Shown: positions 46,577-57,333 of the stretch, piece after piece | How the letters are laid out: every line of letters begins with the position of its first letter | How positions within the stretch are numbered: the first letter of the stretch is position 1 | Assembly (NCBI GenBank): GCA_038745945.1 | Contig: JBCDLA010000001.1 | Location: 1,898-65,897, forward strand | Source: Cyanobacteria bacterium P01_H01_bin.74 | Lineage (GTDB): Bacteria > Cyanobacteriota > Vampirovibrionia > Vampirovibrionales > Vampirovibrionaceae | Reading direction: 5' to 3' | Length of the DNA: 64,000 nucleotides | Notes under the pieces: generated by a model | Told to the model about the DNA's origin: nothing | Database searches by the model: none | The model's input: the letters and a program-made list of their open reading frames with translations, nothing else | Made by a program: the position numbers and the translations under genes

Positions 46577-46768
46577 TACGGTGATTGTGCTGCAAATGGC
46601 TAGGCTAAAAGGATTGTATTTTTTAATGGCATCTTGCCCTCAAAAGGGCATCATCAAGCCCAACGCCAGAGGTATCTTTCATTAAAAAAACTAGAAAAAC
46701 TAACTATGAGTAAGCCTCTGTTTGTTCAATACTATTGGCAGTAAAATAAAGAATTATTTATTGGTAAG

Positions 46769-48400
46769 GTGTTGAAAACGATCCCACGCGCAAGACAAGA
46801 TCAACTGACTAAAGCAACCAAACAACCATTTTTATTGTCGGTTGTTTTTTTACTGATGGCTTTTTGTTCTATTCAAATCAGCTATGCAGCCGAAAAGCAA
46901 GCCTCACCCGGAGCACTTGAAAAAAACAAAGCTGTTCAGCAAGCCGTAAAGGCCATTCCACCCGATCTTTCTGAAGGCAAGACGCCAGGGGCGCTGTCTT
47001 TTTTTAATGTTTTTAAAAATGATGCAGAAACAGAGTTAACCCCGCAGACCCTGCAACAGCTTCAGCTGATTGAAACAGAATTGGACACACAGCCTTTAAC
47101 GGCCAGCATTAGTAAAAAAGAAGCTTTTTTTATTGATATGCAAACGGTTTTGGCCCTAATTCAAGCCCAGAACCTGGCCGTTCAGTCAGGCAAGCTTACT
47201 GAAGATCAGGCCAAAAATCAGTTTCACCAGTCATTAAGCCGAATGCTGCTGCCTGATTTTATTGGCAGTTACGATCATTCCCGGTTTCAGGGTGCCATTC
47301 AGGTTTTTGGCAGCCAGACAGTGACCATTTTCCAGACCAGTGTTGTACCCCAATTAACAGCATCCTGGCAGATTAATCCGGGCGGCCAGGATCTGTTTAC
47401 AGCACTGGCAAACCGGCAGCGCATAAAAAGTAGTCAGTTTTCTCTGGAAGAAAGCCTGCAGGATCAGTGGACCTCTGCGGCCAATGAGTACCTGGCATTA
47501 ATCAGCTCGGCCTTGTTAATTGAAAGTGCCAAACTGGCTGTTGATGAAGCCGAACGCGAAGTTGCGCTGAATCAGGCCAAAATGGATGCCGGTGTGGGAA
47601 TCAAAATTGATCTCCTGCGTGCCAAAGCCGATTTGTTACTTCAAGAGCAAACCTTGATGGAAGCCTCAACCCAGCGCAACAAAGCGGAGCAGGATTTATT
47701 TCAGCGCCTGAATTTAGACAATACCATCCGGCTGACGGTTTCAAAAAAAGACACCGATCCCAAAGTTTTACTGGCACTTGATATGCCAGAAAAGACACTG
47801 TTAAAGCTGGCAATTGAAAACAGCCCGAAAGTTAAAAAACTGGATCGGGAAGTGCTGGCTTTAAAACACGAGGTTAAGGCTGTTCTGGGGCGGTTGGTGC
47901 CTTCGGTTAATTTGCAAACCTACATTAACGGGACGGGTCCGGCATTCGATGCCCTTGGATTAAGCCGTTTTGGTGGCTTTCGTGTTGAAACCCGCCTGTT
48001 TGAGCAATCCGGGCTTGCAATACCATTGGCCTACCATGAAAAAAAGCTGGCCTTAAAACAAAAACAGCTGGAACACCAGCAGGCCTTACTGGCACTGAAA
48101 GCCGCTGTTATTAACGCACACAACGAGTCAATGCTGGCAGCCAAAACCATTTTCAAAACCCAGGAAGCGGTTGCTGTCAACCAGGAAGCCTATCAGCTGG
48201 CAACAGGACGCTATAAAGCCGGGGTTGGCATCCAGCTGGATGTTATTGACAGCCACTTGGCCCTGATTACAGCCCGAACGGACTTAATTAAGGCAATTTT
48301 GTCGTTTAATCAGTCCCAGATTAAATTGCTGAATGCGGTTGGCATGGTTAGCCCCAATACCCTCATCAACGGAGTGGATCCCAATGCAATTGCCCTTTAA
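46769..48400 (+). CDS. Outer-membrane efflux protein (TolC/OprM family).
   Basis: Signal peptide, two OEP-type helical repeats (e.g. ...YQLATGRYKAGVGIQLDVIDSHLALITARTDLIKAI...), first gene of the RND operon. GTG start. Confidence 0.7.
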   Translation: MLKTIPRARQDQLTKATKQPFLLSVVFLLMAFCSIQISYAAEKQASPGALEKNKAVQQAVKAIPPDLSEGKTPGALSFFNVFKNDAETELTPQTLQQLQLIETELDTQPLTASISKKEAFFIDMQTVLALIQAQNLAVQSGKLTEDQAKNQFHQSLSRMLLPDFIGSYDHSRFQGAIQVFGSQTVTIFQTSVVPQLTASWQINPGGQDLFTALANRQRIKSSQFSLEESLQDQWTSAANEYLALISSALLIESAKLAVDEAEREVALNQAKMDAGVGIKIDLLRAKADLLLQEQTLMEASTQRNKAEQDLFQRLNLDNTIRLTVSKKDTDPKVLLALDMPEKTLLKLAIENSPKVKKLDREVLALKHEVKAVLGRLVPSVNLQTYINGTGPAFDALGLSRFGGFRVETRLFEQSGLAIPLAYHEKKLALKQKQLEHQQALLALKAAVINAHNESMLAAKTIFKTQEAVAVNQEAYQLATGRYKAGVGIQLDVIDSHLALITARTDLIKAILSFNQSQIKLLNAVGMVSPNTLINGVDPNAIAL

Positions 48401-49823
48401 ATTCAGACTTTACCCATGGATGCTGCTTATTTTAACGGCCACCACCATCGGCTTGAGCAGTGTTCTGTTTTCAGGCTGTAATGGTCTGTTTGAAAAACCC
48501 ATGCCCGTTGTGGATGTCCTTCAGGTGTCTACTGCGCCCTGGACAGTGACCTATGATGCCAGCGGCACAGTTGAAGCCAATAAAAAGGTCGATTTAAACG
48601 CTGAAGTGATGGGCACGGTAGCGGCTGTTTTGGTTTCAGAAGGACAAGCCGTTAAAAAAGGCCAGGTGCTGATGCGGCTAAAAAACGAAAAACAACGTGC
48701 ACAAGCCGCCCAGTCTTCTGCGGGCATTCTGGTTTCTCAACAGCAGGTGTCCCAGCAGGCCGCTGCCATCCAACAGGCTGAAGCCCGGGTAAGCAGTACA
48801 AAAACACAACTGGATCTGGCGCAATCAGAATTGACCCGTTATCAAAAACTGTACGAGCAGGATTATATCTCCCAACTGGAGCGTGACCAACGGGAAAGCA
48901 AAGCCCTGGATGCAGCAGCAATGTATCAGGAAAGCCTTCAAGCGTTGGCTGCAGCCAAGGCCAGTTTTCAATCAGCCAAAGCCAGTGTGACACAAGCGCA
49001 ATCAACGTTCCGTTACAACCAGGCGTTGCAAGACGAAACCATAATTCGCACCCCTTTTTCAGGGACTATCGGCTATCAGTTTGTTAAATTGGGCGCCCAT
49101 GTGGGGGTAAATGAAAAATTGCTGACCCTGGTCGATGCTCGTTCTTTTGATATCCGCTTTTCGGTCCCGGAACGTTTTCTCACCCAGCTGAAACTGGGTA
49201 TGCCGGTTCAGGTCTTTCCGACCGGGCAAACTGAAAAAAAACCGCTGGTCGCCAGCGTCGATTTTATTGACCCTGTTATTGATGAAGCCACCCACAGCAT
49301 TCAGCTGAAAGCAAGGGTCAATGCCTCTGAGCGGCTAAAACACGGTTTATTCTGTACGGTGAAGCTGGCCCTGAAAAAACTGAGCAATGTCGTGGTTCTG
49401 CCAGACGATGTGATTGTACCTTTGGGCGAAAAAACCTTGGTCTATATTTTAGAACCCGACAATAGCCCGCCTGGGGACCCAGAAAAAAAGAAAGAGAAAG
49501 AAAATGCTACTGCTAACACCGGTTTAGATAAAGCACAAGGCAATGGCAGACTTGTCCCGATGATTGCCCGGCAGCGTGAAGTGATTATCGAAAACCGGAA
49601 TTCTACCAAGGTTCAACTGAAGCGCGGCCTAACGGCTGGCACACTGATTGTGCGGAATGGCCTGCAGAAAGTCCAGGAAGGCCTGAAAGTCAATGCCCGC
49701 TTTCCAGAAAAAGGATTATCAGTCCCATTGGCATCATCAGATCAGACAGATCAGGCCAAATTGCATACGGCCCCCACAGAAGAGCTGCTTCAACCCGAAT
49801 CAACATCCAGTCAAAAGAATTAA
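48384..49823 (+). CDS. RND efflux membrane-fusion (periplasmic adaptor) lipoprotein, HlyD/AcrA family.
   Basis: Lipobox LFSGC, coiled-coil hairpin, beta-barrel block (RTPFSGTIGYQFVKLGAHVG). The start at ATG 48384 overlaps the OMP gene's 3' end. Confidence 0.75.
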   Translation: MQLPFKFRLYPWMLLILTATTIGLSSVLFSGCNGLFEKPMPVVDVLQVSTAPWTVTYDASGTVEANKKVDLNAEVMGTVAAVLVSEGQAVKKGQVLMRLKNEKQRAQAAQSSAGILVSQQQVSQQAAAIQQAEARVSSTKTQLDLAQSELTRYQKLYEQDYISQLERDQRESKALDAAAMYQESLQALAAAKASFQSAKASVTQAQSTFRYNQALQDETIIRTPFSGTIGYQFVKLGAHVGVNEKLLTLVDARSFDIRFSVPERFLTQLKLGMPVQVFPTGQTEKKPLVASVDFIDPVIDEATHSIQLKARVNASERLKHGLFCTVKLALKKLSNVVVLPDDVIVPLGEKTLVYILEPDNSPPGDPEKKKEKENATANTGLDKAQGNGRLVPMIARQREVIIENRNSTKVQLKRGLTAGTLIVRNGLQKVQEGLKVNARFPEKGLSVPLASSDQTDQAKLHTAPTEELLQPESTSSQKN

Positions 49824-49859
49824 ACCTGTTAAAAGAATAAAAAAGGACAAAACCGCCCC

Positions 49860-52800
49860 ATGTGGATTGCTGACGTTTGTGTCAAACGCCCTGTGCTTGC
49901 AACAGTCATCTCCATTTTAATGGTCTTGTTTGGTGCAGTCAGCTACACGTTTTTAACCGTCAGAGAATACCCCGATATTGACCCGCCGATTGTCTCGGTC
50001 AGCACAGTCTATACGGGGGCCAATGCCGGGGTTATGGAAACAACAGTCACAGAGCGCCTGGAAGAAGAGCTGATCGGTATAGAAGGCGTTCGCAGTATGA
50101 CCTCCGTCAGTAATGAGGGCAACAGCAATGTGGTGCTTGAGTTTGAACTGGAACGCGATGTCAATGTTGCGGCTCAAGACGTGCGAGATCGGGTGAACCG
50201 GGCGCGCAACAATTTGCCCAACGATGTTGAAGAGCCTATTATAACCAAACAGGACTCGGATGCTAGTGCGATTATCTGGATGGGTCTGGCGGGTGAAAAC
50301 TACACGCCCTTGCAAATTACAGACTATGCCGATCGCTACATTAAAAACGAGCTGCAAACCGTGGATGGGGTTTCACAAATTATTATTGGCGGTGCTCGCG
50401 AGTACTCCATGCGCTTGTGGCTGGATCCGCAAAAAATGGCATCACGAAAAATTTCTGTGACCGATGTTGAACGGGCCTTGCAAAATAAAAATGTAGAAGT
50501 GCCTTCAGGCCGTGTGGAAGGCAAATTGCGGGAATTTACAATTAAGACCATCGGTGAACTGAAAAGCCCGGAAGCGTTTAACCGGCTGATTATTAAAGCG
50601 GTTAACGGCAAGAATATCTATCTGTCAGACATTGGCCGGGCTGAAATCGGCGCCCGAGATACCCGCTCTTTTGTTCGTTTAAACGGCATGCCCGCTGTGG
50701 GCCTTGGTATTGTCAAGCAATCAAAAGCCAACACGCTGGATGTTGCCAAAGCCATTAAGAAAAAAGTGCCTGACATTATTAAACGCCTGCCCCCCGGTAT
50801 GACACTGCGGCCCGCTTACGACAGTTCAATTTACATTCAAAAATCGATTGATGAAGTGGTTGAATCGTTAATTGTCGCTTTTTTTCTGGTAGTAGTGGTG
50901 GTGTACTTGTTTCTGCAGAGTGCCCGGGCAACGTTCATTCCGGCCATCTCGATTCCCATTTCGCTGATTGCCACATTCAGCATTATGATTCTGCTGGATT
51001 ATTCCATTAACACCATTACCCTGCTGGGGATGACACTGGCCATTGGCCTGGTTGTTGACGATACAATTGTGGTGCTCGAAAATATCTACCGACGCATTGA
51101 AAAAGGGGAAACCCCCAAAGAAGCTGCCATTAAGGGCACACGCGAAATTGGCTTTGCCATTATTGCGACCACCGCTGTGCTTGTGGCAGTGTTTCTGCCC
51201 ATTTTGTTTCTTGGGGGCATTTTGGGACGGATTCTCAAAGAGTTTGCCGTGGTTATGGCGGGCTCGGTTCTGATTTCCGGCTTTGTGTCGCTTAGTCTAA
51301 CACCGATGCTGTGTGCCAAACTGCTTAAAGCCAAGCAGCCATCCGACGAGGCCAGACAAAACCGGTGGGGAATACAGGCCCAATTGGAAAAGATTTTAGA
51401 GGCGAGCAACCGCACGATTGAAAACAGCCGACAAAAATTCAGCAGCAGCTTGTCCCGGTTAATTAATAAAAAGCGGACAGTGACGACTGTGGTTCTTGTT
51501 CTGGCTTTTATTTCAATGGGGCTGTATGTTGTCTTGCCCCGTGAATTCTTGCCCACCGAAGATCAGGGCAATATTTACACCATTATTACAGCCCCTGAAG
51601 GATCAACGGTTGACTACACCGACATCTCAATCCGCAAGGCCGAGCAGGTTTTAAAAGCGTTGCCAGAATTAAAAACCGTGTTCTCGGTCCTGGGCTTAAC
51701 CAATGGGCAGACCAATTCTGGAATTCTGTTCAGTCACCTGGTTGACGAGCGAAGTAGGAAAGCCCAAACCATTGTGAGTGATCTGCTGCCCAAAATGCTG
51801 GCGATTCCTGAGGCACTTGTCTTTCCTATCACTCCGCCATCCAGCCCAACCGCATCATTTGGCAAGCCCATTGAAATGGCCATTCAGTCGACTGGCAGCA
51901 TTGAAGATCTCAATACGGTGATGCAGATTGTAAAAAACCGGGCAGAAAAAGAAATATTTGGGCTAATTAACCTGGACACCGACTTAAAACTGAATAAGCC
52001 CCAGGTTGAAATTGAAGTGGATCGTGAAAAAGCAGCAGCCCTTGGGGTTTCTGTGCGGGATGTTGCCCGTACGATGCAGGTCATGTTTGGCGGCCTGGAT
52101 TTGTCAAGCTTTCAGCTGCGTGGCAAGCGCTACGATGTAATGGTACAGGCGGAAACCCCCATGCGGCTGTCGCCCAGTCAGTTAGACGGACTTTACGTTG
52201 GCAGCGATAAAGGCACCGTCATTCCCTTAACCAGTGTGATTAACCGTACCGAATCGGTTGCCCCCAATGCGTTAAACCACTACAACCGGTTTCGCTCCAT
52301 AACACTCAGTGGGGCACTGTTGCCCATTCCTGGCATCAGTCTGGGCAGCGTGCTTGAACAAATGCAAGCCATTGCCACAGAAGAACTGCAACCGGGCATG
52401 AAAATTGCCTGGAAAGGCGAAGCCCGGGAATTTTTTGAAGCCAACACAGCCACCTTTTTTGCCTTTGCGTTGGCTTTGTTGATTGTTTTTCTGGTTTTAG
52501 CCGCACAATTTGAAAGCTTTATTGACCCTGTTATTGTGATTTTAACCGTACCGCTGGCCATGGCGGGGGCGTTGTTTACCCTGTTTGTTCTGTCGTATGT
52601 GCCCGTGCTGATTAAGCTTATTCCGGTGTTTGCCAACTGGCAGACCATTACCTACGGGCTCAATATTTACAGCCAAATTGGCCTGGTTTTGCTGGTGGGA
52701 CTGGTCACCAAAAACGGCATTCTGATTGTTGAATTTGCCAATCAAATCCGCGAAGATCACCCTGAGAAAAGTATCCGAGCGGCAGTCCTGGAAGCTGCGC

Positions 52801-53015
52801 AAGTTCGTTTCAGACCCATTGTTATGACATCCATTGCCACCATTTTTGGGGCCATCCCCATTGCAGTTGGATTGGGCTCCGGCATTGATGGGCGAAAGCC
52901 GATGGGCGCCGTTATTATTGGCGGGATGTTTTTTGCCACATTCTTGACCCTGTATGTCATTCCCATGGCATACGAGTGGGTGAAAGCCAGAAGAGAAAGA
53001 CAAGTGCAGGGTTAA
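49860..53015 (+). CDS. RND multidrug efflux transporter (AcrB/HAE1-like), 12 TM.
   Basis: 1051 aa with the typical AcrB N-terminus and two large periplasmic loops. Confidence 0.9.
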   Translation: MWIADVCVKRPVLATVISILMVLFGAVSYTFLTVREYPDIDPPIVSVSTVYTGANAGVMETTVTERLEEELIGIEGVRSMTSVSNEGNSNVVLEFELERDVNVAAQDVRDRVNRARNNLPNDVEEPIITKQDSDASAIIWMGLAGENYTPLQITDYADRYIKNELQTVDGVSQIIIGGAREYSMRLWLDPQKMASRKISVTDVERALQNKNVEVPSGRVEGKLREFTIKTIGELKSPEAFNRLIIKAVNGKNIYLSDIGRAEIGARDTRSFVRLNGMPAVGLGIVKQSKANTLDVAKAIKKKVPDIIKRLPPGMTLRPAYDSSIYIQKSIDEVVESLIVAFFLVVVVVYLFLQSARATFIPAISIPISLIATFSIMILLDYSINTITLLGMTLAIGLVVDDTIVVLENIYRRIEKGETPKEAAIKGTREIGFAIIATTAVLVAVFLPILFLGGILGRILKEFAVVMAGSVLISGFVSLSLTPMLCAKLLKAKQPSDEARQNRWGIQAQLEKILEASNRTIENSRQKFSSSLSRLINKKRTVTTVVLVLAFISMGLYVVLPREFLPTEDQGNIYTIITAPEGSTVDYTDISIRKAEQVLKALPELKTVFSVLGLTNGQTNSGILFSHLVDERSRKAQTIVSDLLPKMLAIPEALVFPITPPSSPTASFGKPIEMAIQSTGSIEDLNTVMQIVKNRAEKEIFGLINLDTDLKLNKPQVEIEVDREKAAALGVSVRDVARTMQVMFGGLDLSSFQLRGKRYDVMVQAETPMRLSPSQLDGLYVGSDKGTVIPLTSVINRTESVAPNALNHYNRFRSITLSGALLPIPGISLGSVLEQMQAIATEELQPGMKIAWKGEAREFFEANTATFFAFALALLIVFLVLAAQFESFIDPVIVILTVPLAMAGALFTLFVLSYVPVLIKLIPVFANWQTITYGLNIYSQIGLVLLVGLVTKNGILIVEFANQIREDHPEKSIRAAVLEAAQVRFRPIVMTSIATIFGAIPIAVGLGSGIDGRKPMGAVIIGGMFFATFLTLYVIPMAYEWVKARRERQVQG

Positions 53016-53054
53016 TACGGTTATTTATACAGGCCCATTTTTTTTTTTAGAAAC

Positions 53055-53131
53055 CCTGTTTATTTTTTCCAGTCCAACTATTTTTTCCAACCCTCTTATT
53101 TTTGCCAACCCTTTTATTTTTGCCAACCCCA
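53055..53131. repeat. Tandem 18-nt repeats (ttatttttgccaaccc-like, 3-4 copies) spanning the stop codon of the DUF1353 gene; each copy re-encodes GWQK/GWKK plus a stop.
   Basis: On the minus strand: GGTTGGCAAAAATAA AAG GGTTGGCAAAAATAA GAG GGTTGGAAAAAATAG TTG GACTGGAAAAAATAA. The first unit is the real gene end (...WGWQK*). Confidence 0.6.
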
Positions 53132-53563
53132 CCGGCCAAAAAGCCGAACAGCCTTAAACATGGCCCACCGCTTTTTGGGACCCACACCGCTTTCTTTCAT
53201 CACGCGCATAAACAGCCGGTCACATTGCTTGCGGGTCCAGACCACATGACTAATATTTTCCCAGGTGTCTGGTGGAATTAATTTGTAATGATAGTCTGTT
53301 GCCCGTGTGCCTTTGGGCTTGTTGGTGAAGTACAGGAAATCATGCAAAACAGCTGCCCCGCGGTGCAACCCGTCGGGCAGAATGCCAAAAACTGACCACA
53401 CCCAGCGTGGTACACTCGCAATATCGGTTTCAAAGCCCGTGGGCACAATTAATTTATAACAGGTATTGTTTTTGGCCACCCACTCATACTGGTAGTCTTC
53501 GGTTAGCACAAACGTGCGATCAGAAAGCGGATCCAGCTGGGGCCAAATGATAGGAAAAGTCAT
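53114..53563 (-). CDS. DUF1353-family protein.
   Basis: FETDIASVPRWVW...GAAVLHDFLY matches the DUF1353 signature (F.TDGASIPR...HD.LY). Confidence 0.6.
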   Translation of the reverse strand: MTFPIIWPQLDPLSDRTFVLTEDYQYEWVAKNNTCYKLIVPTGFETDIASVPRWVWSVFGILPDGLHRGAAVLHDFLYFTNKPKGTRATDYHYKLIPPDTWENISHVVWTRKQCDRLFMRVMKESGVGPKKRWAMFKAVRLFGRWGWQK

Positions 53564-53612
53564 ATGAAACTCGCATCAATAAAATACACAATATTTAAAA
53601 AATGGCTGGCAA

Positions 53613-55571
53613 TTAAAAGGCATTAACCGGCAAACTGGGGCGATCAAAGAAATGATTCAACTCACGCACAGAAATGGTGTGGGCAATGGGGCGCCCGTGC
53701 GGACAGGTCCATGGCAGTACTGAATCCAGCCAGCCTGTGATCACCTGTGTCATGGCTTCCTGGCTTAATAAATCACCCGCCCGAACAGCGGCATGACAGG
53801 CCAGTGTTGCAATTAACAAATCAGTATCCAGTGCCATACTTCCGGTTTCTTCCAGTTGCGCTATGAGGTTTTCAAACAAACCCCCATGGGTAAACATTTT
53901 ATCACGGCCCACAAAAACCAAGGGCACCCCGCAAAGACTCACCCGAGACTTTTCAATGGTATACAAAAATCCCAGTTTGGCAAACTGGGGCTGATACTGG
54001 GTTAACAAGTCCTGCTGGGTGGGGGACAGCAACAACGGGACACTGGCAATTAAGTGCTGAATGGCTGGGGTTTCTGCTGAGAAATTGCGCGACAATTGCT
54101 CAAAAATCATCCGCTCGCTGGCAATGTGCTGATCAACCACCATTAAGCCCTGCGGTGTTTCCAAGAGAATATACGTGTTGAACAACTGATTCAGCACTTT
54201 AAACGGCTGGGTTTTTACGGAATTCTCTTGCTGGTTAAGCGTTTCAGCAGGAACTGGCTCAGTATCAGAATGAGCGCTTAAAGGCCCTGGCTGCTGTGCG
54301 GGTTCATAAAGGGCAAGGGCGCCTTGTACGGCATCTGCCTGTACATCATGTACAGCAGCAGCATCTTTTGAATAGCCATAGCCCTGCTGAAAAGAAGAGT
54401 GACCTGCCGATGAGAACCTTGCCGGTAAGAGGCCTTGTGGCTGAGATGCGAATTCAGTGGATTTTAATGCCTCTGGCGATACTGTTAAATGGTCTGGAGG
54501 ACTGTCTTGTTCTCTGTTTAGCGGGGCTTGGCCGGTTGGGCTAGGGTCAAGAATCTGGGTGCCTGCGGCAATTAAAGCCTCACGAATACCCGCTTTGACA
54601 AAAGAAAAAATGGTATTGGCTTCCGCATAGCGGACTTCGCGCTTGGCCGGGTGCACGTTAATATCCACTTGGGTGGGGGGAAGGATTAAAAATAAAACAC
54701 TGAACGGGTAGCGCCCGTGGGGTAATAGTGACTCATACGCCACTTCGGTTGCCTTTTGTAGGACAAGGCATTTGACTGCACGGTTGTTGACAAAATTGAC
54801 CATCCACCGGCGGCTGCTTTTCATGATACCCGGTGCAGACACAAAGCCCGTTACAAAAAAACCAAAAGAAGCATCATCGTATGCTACCGGTATTAACGGC
54901 AAATCCTGCTGGTTGCGTTTGTAGACAATGTCCAGCACCGATTTTAAATCGGTTGCCCCCGCGGTATTCAGTACCGTTTTGTCATTTATGATTAAATGAA
55001 TTTGTACAGCAGGGTTTGCAAGCGCCAACAATTGCACGGTTTCCTCAATGTGGGCCAACTCGGTTTGGGGACGCTTTAGAAACTTCAGCCGGGCCGGTGT
55101 GTTGTAAAACAGATCCTCAACCGTCATAATGGTGCCCACAGCACAGCCCACATCCGTCAGGACTGTCTCACCGGAAGGCTTGACAGAAACCTGCGTGCCT
55201 TGATGCGCCTCCTGGGTTCGGGTCTGGCATGTTAAATGAGAAATGGCGGCGATACTGGCCAGTGCCTCTCCTCGAAAGCCCAGCGTGGTAATGTTATCCA
55301 AATCGTCTGCGGCTTTTATTTTGCTGGTGGCATGGTTTAAAAAAGCAAGCGCGGCATTTTCAGGCGTCATACCATACCCGTTGTCTGCAATACGGCAGTT
55401 GCGTCCAGCATTGCTGATGATAATCTCAACTCGAGTGGCCCCGGCATCAATGGCATTCTCCAGCAGTTCTTTTACCACAGACGCTGGGCGCTCTATGACT
55501 TCACCTGCCGCAATGCGGTTGACCAGGTGCGCTGGCAAGACCTGAATTTTAGACTGTTCAGTGGCAATCAT
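53613..55571 (-). CDS. mutL: DNA mismatch repair protein MutL.
   Basis: GHKL ATPase N-terminus (ELLENAIDAGA, DNGYGM, GFRGEAL), long linker, C-terminal dimerisation domain. Confidence 0.9.
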   Translation of the reverse strand: MIATEQSKIQVLPAHLVNRIAAGEVIERPASVVKELLENAIDAGATRVEIIISNAGRNCRIADNGYGMTPENAALAFLNHATSKIKAADDLDNITTLGFRGEALASIAAISHLTCQTRTQEAHQGTQVSVKPSGETVLTDVGCAVGTIMTVEDLFYNTPARLKFLKRPQTELAHIEETVQLLALANPAVQIHLIINDKTVLNTAGATDLKSVLDIVYKRNQQDLPLIPVAYDDASFGFFVTGFVSAPGIMKSSRRWMVNFVNNRAVKCLVLQKATEVAYESLLPHGRYPFSVLFLILPPTQVDINVHPAKREVRYAEANTIFSFVKAGIREALIAAGTQILDPSPTGQAPLNREQDSPPDHLTVSPEALKSTEFASQPQGLLPARFSSAGHSSFQQGYGYSKDAAAVHDVQADAVQGALALYEPAQQPGPLSAHSDTEPVPAETLNQQENSVKTQPFKVLNQLFNTYILLETPQGLMVVDQHIASERMIFEQLSRNFSAETPAIQHLIASVPLLLSPTQQDLLTQYQPQFAKLGFLYTIEKSRVSLCGVPLVFVGRDKMFTHGGLFENLIAQLEETGSMALDTDLLIATLACHAAVRAGDLLSQEAMTQVITGWLDSVLPWTCPHGRPIAHTISVRELNHFFDRPSLPVNAF

Positions 55572-55641
55572 TAATGTAAGGCATCATTTAATAAAGCTTG
55601 GTTTAATAAAACTTGGTGTAATAAAGCATAAGAAAAACGGC

Positions 55642-56625
55642 TTATGGCTGCAGGGCGCGTAATTCTTGATAAAGTTCTTGTTCCCGCGGGGTTAACGTTT
55701 TAGGAATTATGCCTTTAAGCCTCACCAGCAAATCCCCTGGATTTTTACCCAATTTATCAGGCAGGCCTTGCCCTTTTAAGCGCAGGATTGTGCCAGGCTG
55801 CGTTCCTTGCGGGATGGTCAGGGTTAATGGCTTTCCAGCCAATGTTGAAATTGACCAGTCGCCTCCCAGAGCTAAGACCGGAACCGGCACGGCGGCATTG
55901 CAGACAAGGACATCATCTTCCACCGAAAAAACCGGATGGCTGCGGTACTGCACGACCAACATCAAATCACCCTGTCGACTTCCTGCTCGGCGGCCTTCTC
56001 CCCCCAGACGGATTTTTTGTCCGGGCCTTACCCCCTTGGGAATTTTAACAGTCATTCGTTTGTTTGACAGGGTTAAAATTTCTTTTTGCGTGCCTGTAAA
56101 CACGTCCTCTAAATCCAGCGGCAAGGGCTGTTCAATATCAAGATTTTCTGGCGGGCGTTGTTGACGTTGTTGCTGAGCCCGGTGGTTTGATTGTTGATAG
56201 CCTTGTCGTTGTCCAGCTTGCCCAGAATAACCAGATAAAATATCTTCTAAGTTGATCTGCCCACCCGAAAACCCAGCCCCACCGGCCTGTCCTGCAGCAG
56301 CCCCAAACAGCATTTCAAAAAAGTTAGAAAAGCCCCCCATATTGCCAAACTGGCCCCCCATATTCACCCCGTCGAAGCCGGGTGGTGGGTTAAAGTTTTG
56401 GCCCTGGCGCCAGTTTGCGCCCAGACTATCATAGAGTTGTCGCTTTTTGGGATCCCCCAGAGCTTCGTATGCTTCGTTCAGTTCTTTGAAGGCTTCTCCC
56501 CCATCTGGGTTCACATCTGGATGAAGCTTTCTGGCTTTTTTGCGGTAAGCACTCTTAATTTCAGCGTCGCTTGCACTGCGCGAAACGCCTAAAATTTTGT
56601 AATAGTCTTTGTATTTGACGCTCAT
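55642..56625 (-). CDS. cbpA: DnaJ-class curved-DNA-binding protein CbpA-like (J domain + G/F region + CTDs, no Zn finger).
   Basis: J domain DYYKILGVSRSASDAEIKSAYRKKARKLHPDVNP with HPD. G/F-rich region. 327 aa. Confidence 0.8.
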   Translation of the reverse strand: MSVKYKDYYKILGVSRSASDAEIKSAYRKKARKLHPDVNPDGGEAFKELNEAYEALGDPKKRQLYDSLGANWRQGQNFNPPPGFDGVNMGGQFGNMGGFSNFFEMLFGAAAGQAGGAGFSGGQINLEDILSGYSGQAGQRQGYQQSNHRAQQQRQQRPPENLDIEQPLPLDLEDVFTGTQKEILTLSNKRMTVKIPKGVRPGQKIRLGGEGRRAGSRQGDLMLVVQYRSHPVFSVEDDVLVCNAAVPVPVLALGGDWSISTLAGKPLTLTIPQGTQPGTILRLKGQGLPDKLGKNPGDLLVRLKGIIPKTLTPREQELYQELRALQP

Positions 56626-57333
56626 GGTATTGGGTACTGAAAAAGGCTTAATTTTTTTAAATACTGATTAAACAATAAGCAAACTGGGACGCTAGCTCAG
56701 AATTAAACAATTAATCTATCGTAAAAACACCACAACAGCATAGGGATAATATTATAACAGTTCATTTTTGGGCGGTTTAACGCCACAGATTTTTAGACAA
56801 CGTTATCCTGGAATTTTATACCCGGGAAACTCTGAAAGGTATCCATAGTGCACTAATACCCTGCAACAGTACTCATAGTACAACAATCACGATAGCTCAT
56901 CGGCTGTAGAGTATCTGCTACCCTGTATATTACTCTAAATTATTTCATGTAACTTCAATGGGGTCTAAAGTTTTGAGTTTTTTGTAAGCTTTTGCTAATT
57001 TTGTAGGGTCGCCTAATTTTCATCAACGTTGTCATACAAACAACGATGCCTTTAGTTTGGTTAAAACACCCAAAAAAATAAGAACAAGGACTCAATTGTG
57101 AGATACATCCCCTCAATTTTTAATGGCCCAATTTTTTTATCCCGAAAAAAAACAAACCTTACCTTACCTTCCCGTCAATCCTTTCTTCACGTTCTAAACA
57201 AAATTCACGAAATACGCCGTTAAATCAACCCAAACAGAACCCTTCAATTTCAACCAGACTTGCGCCAGTCCTCAATCTATGGACTAACTTTAAAAAAACA
57301 GCCAGTAGCCGTGTTTATGACTTAAACAGGACC

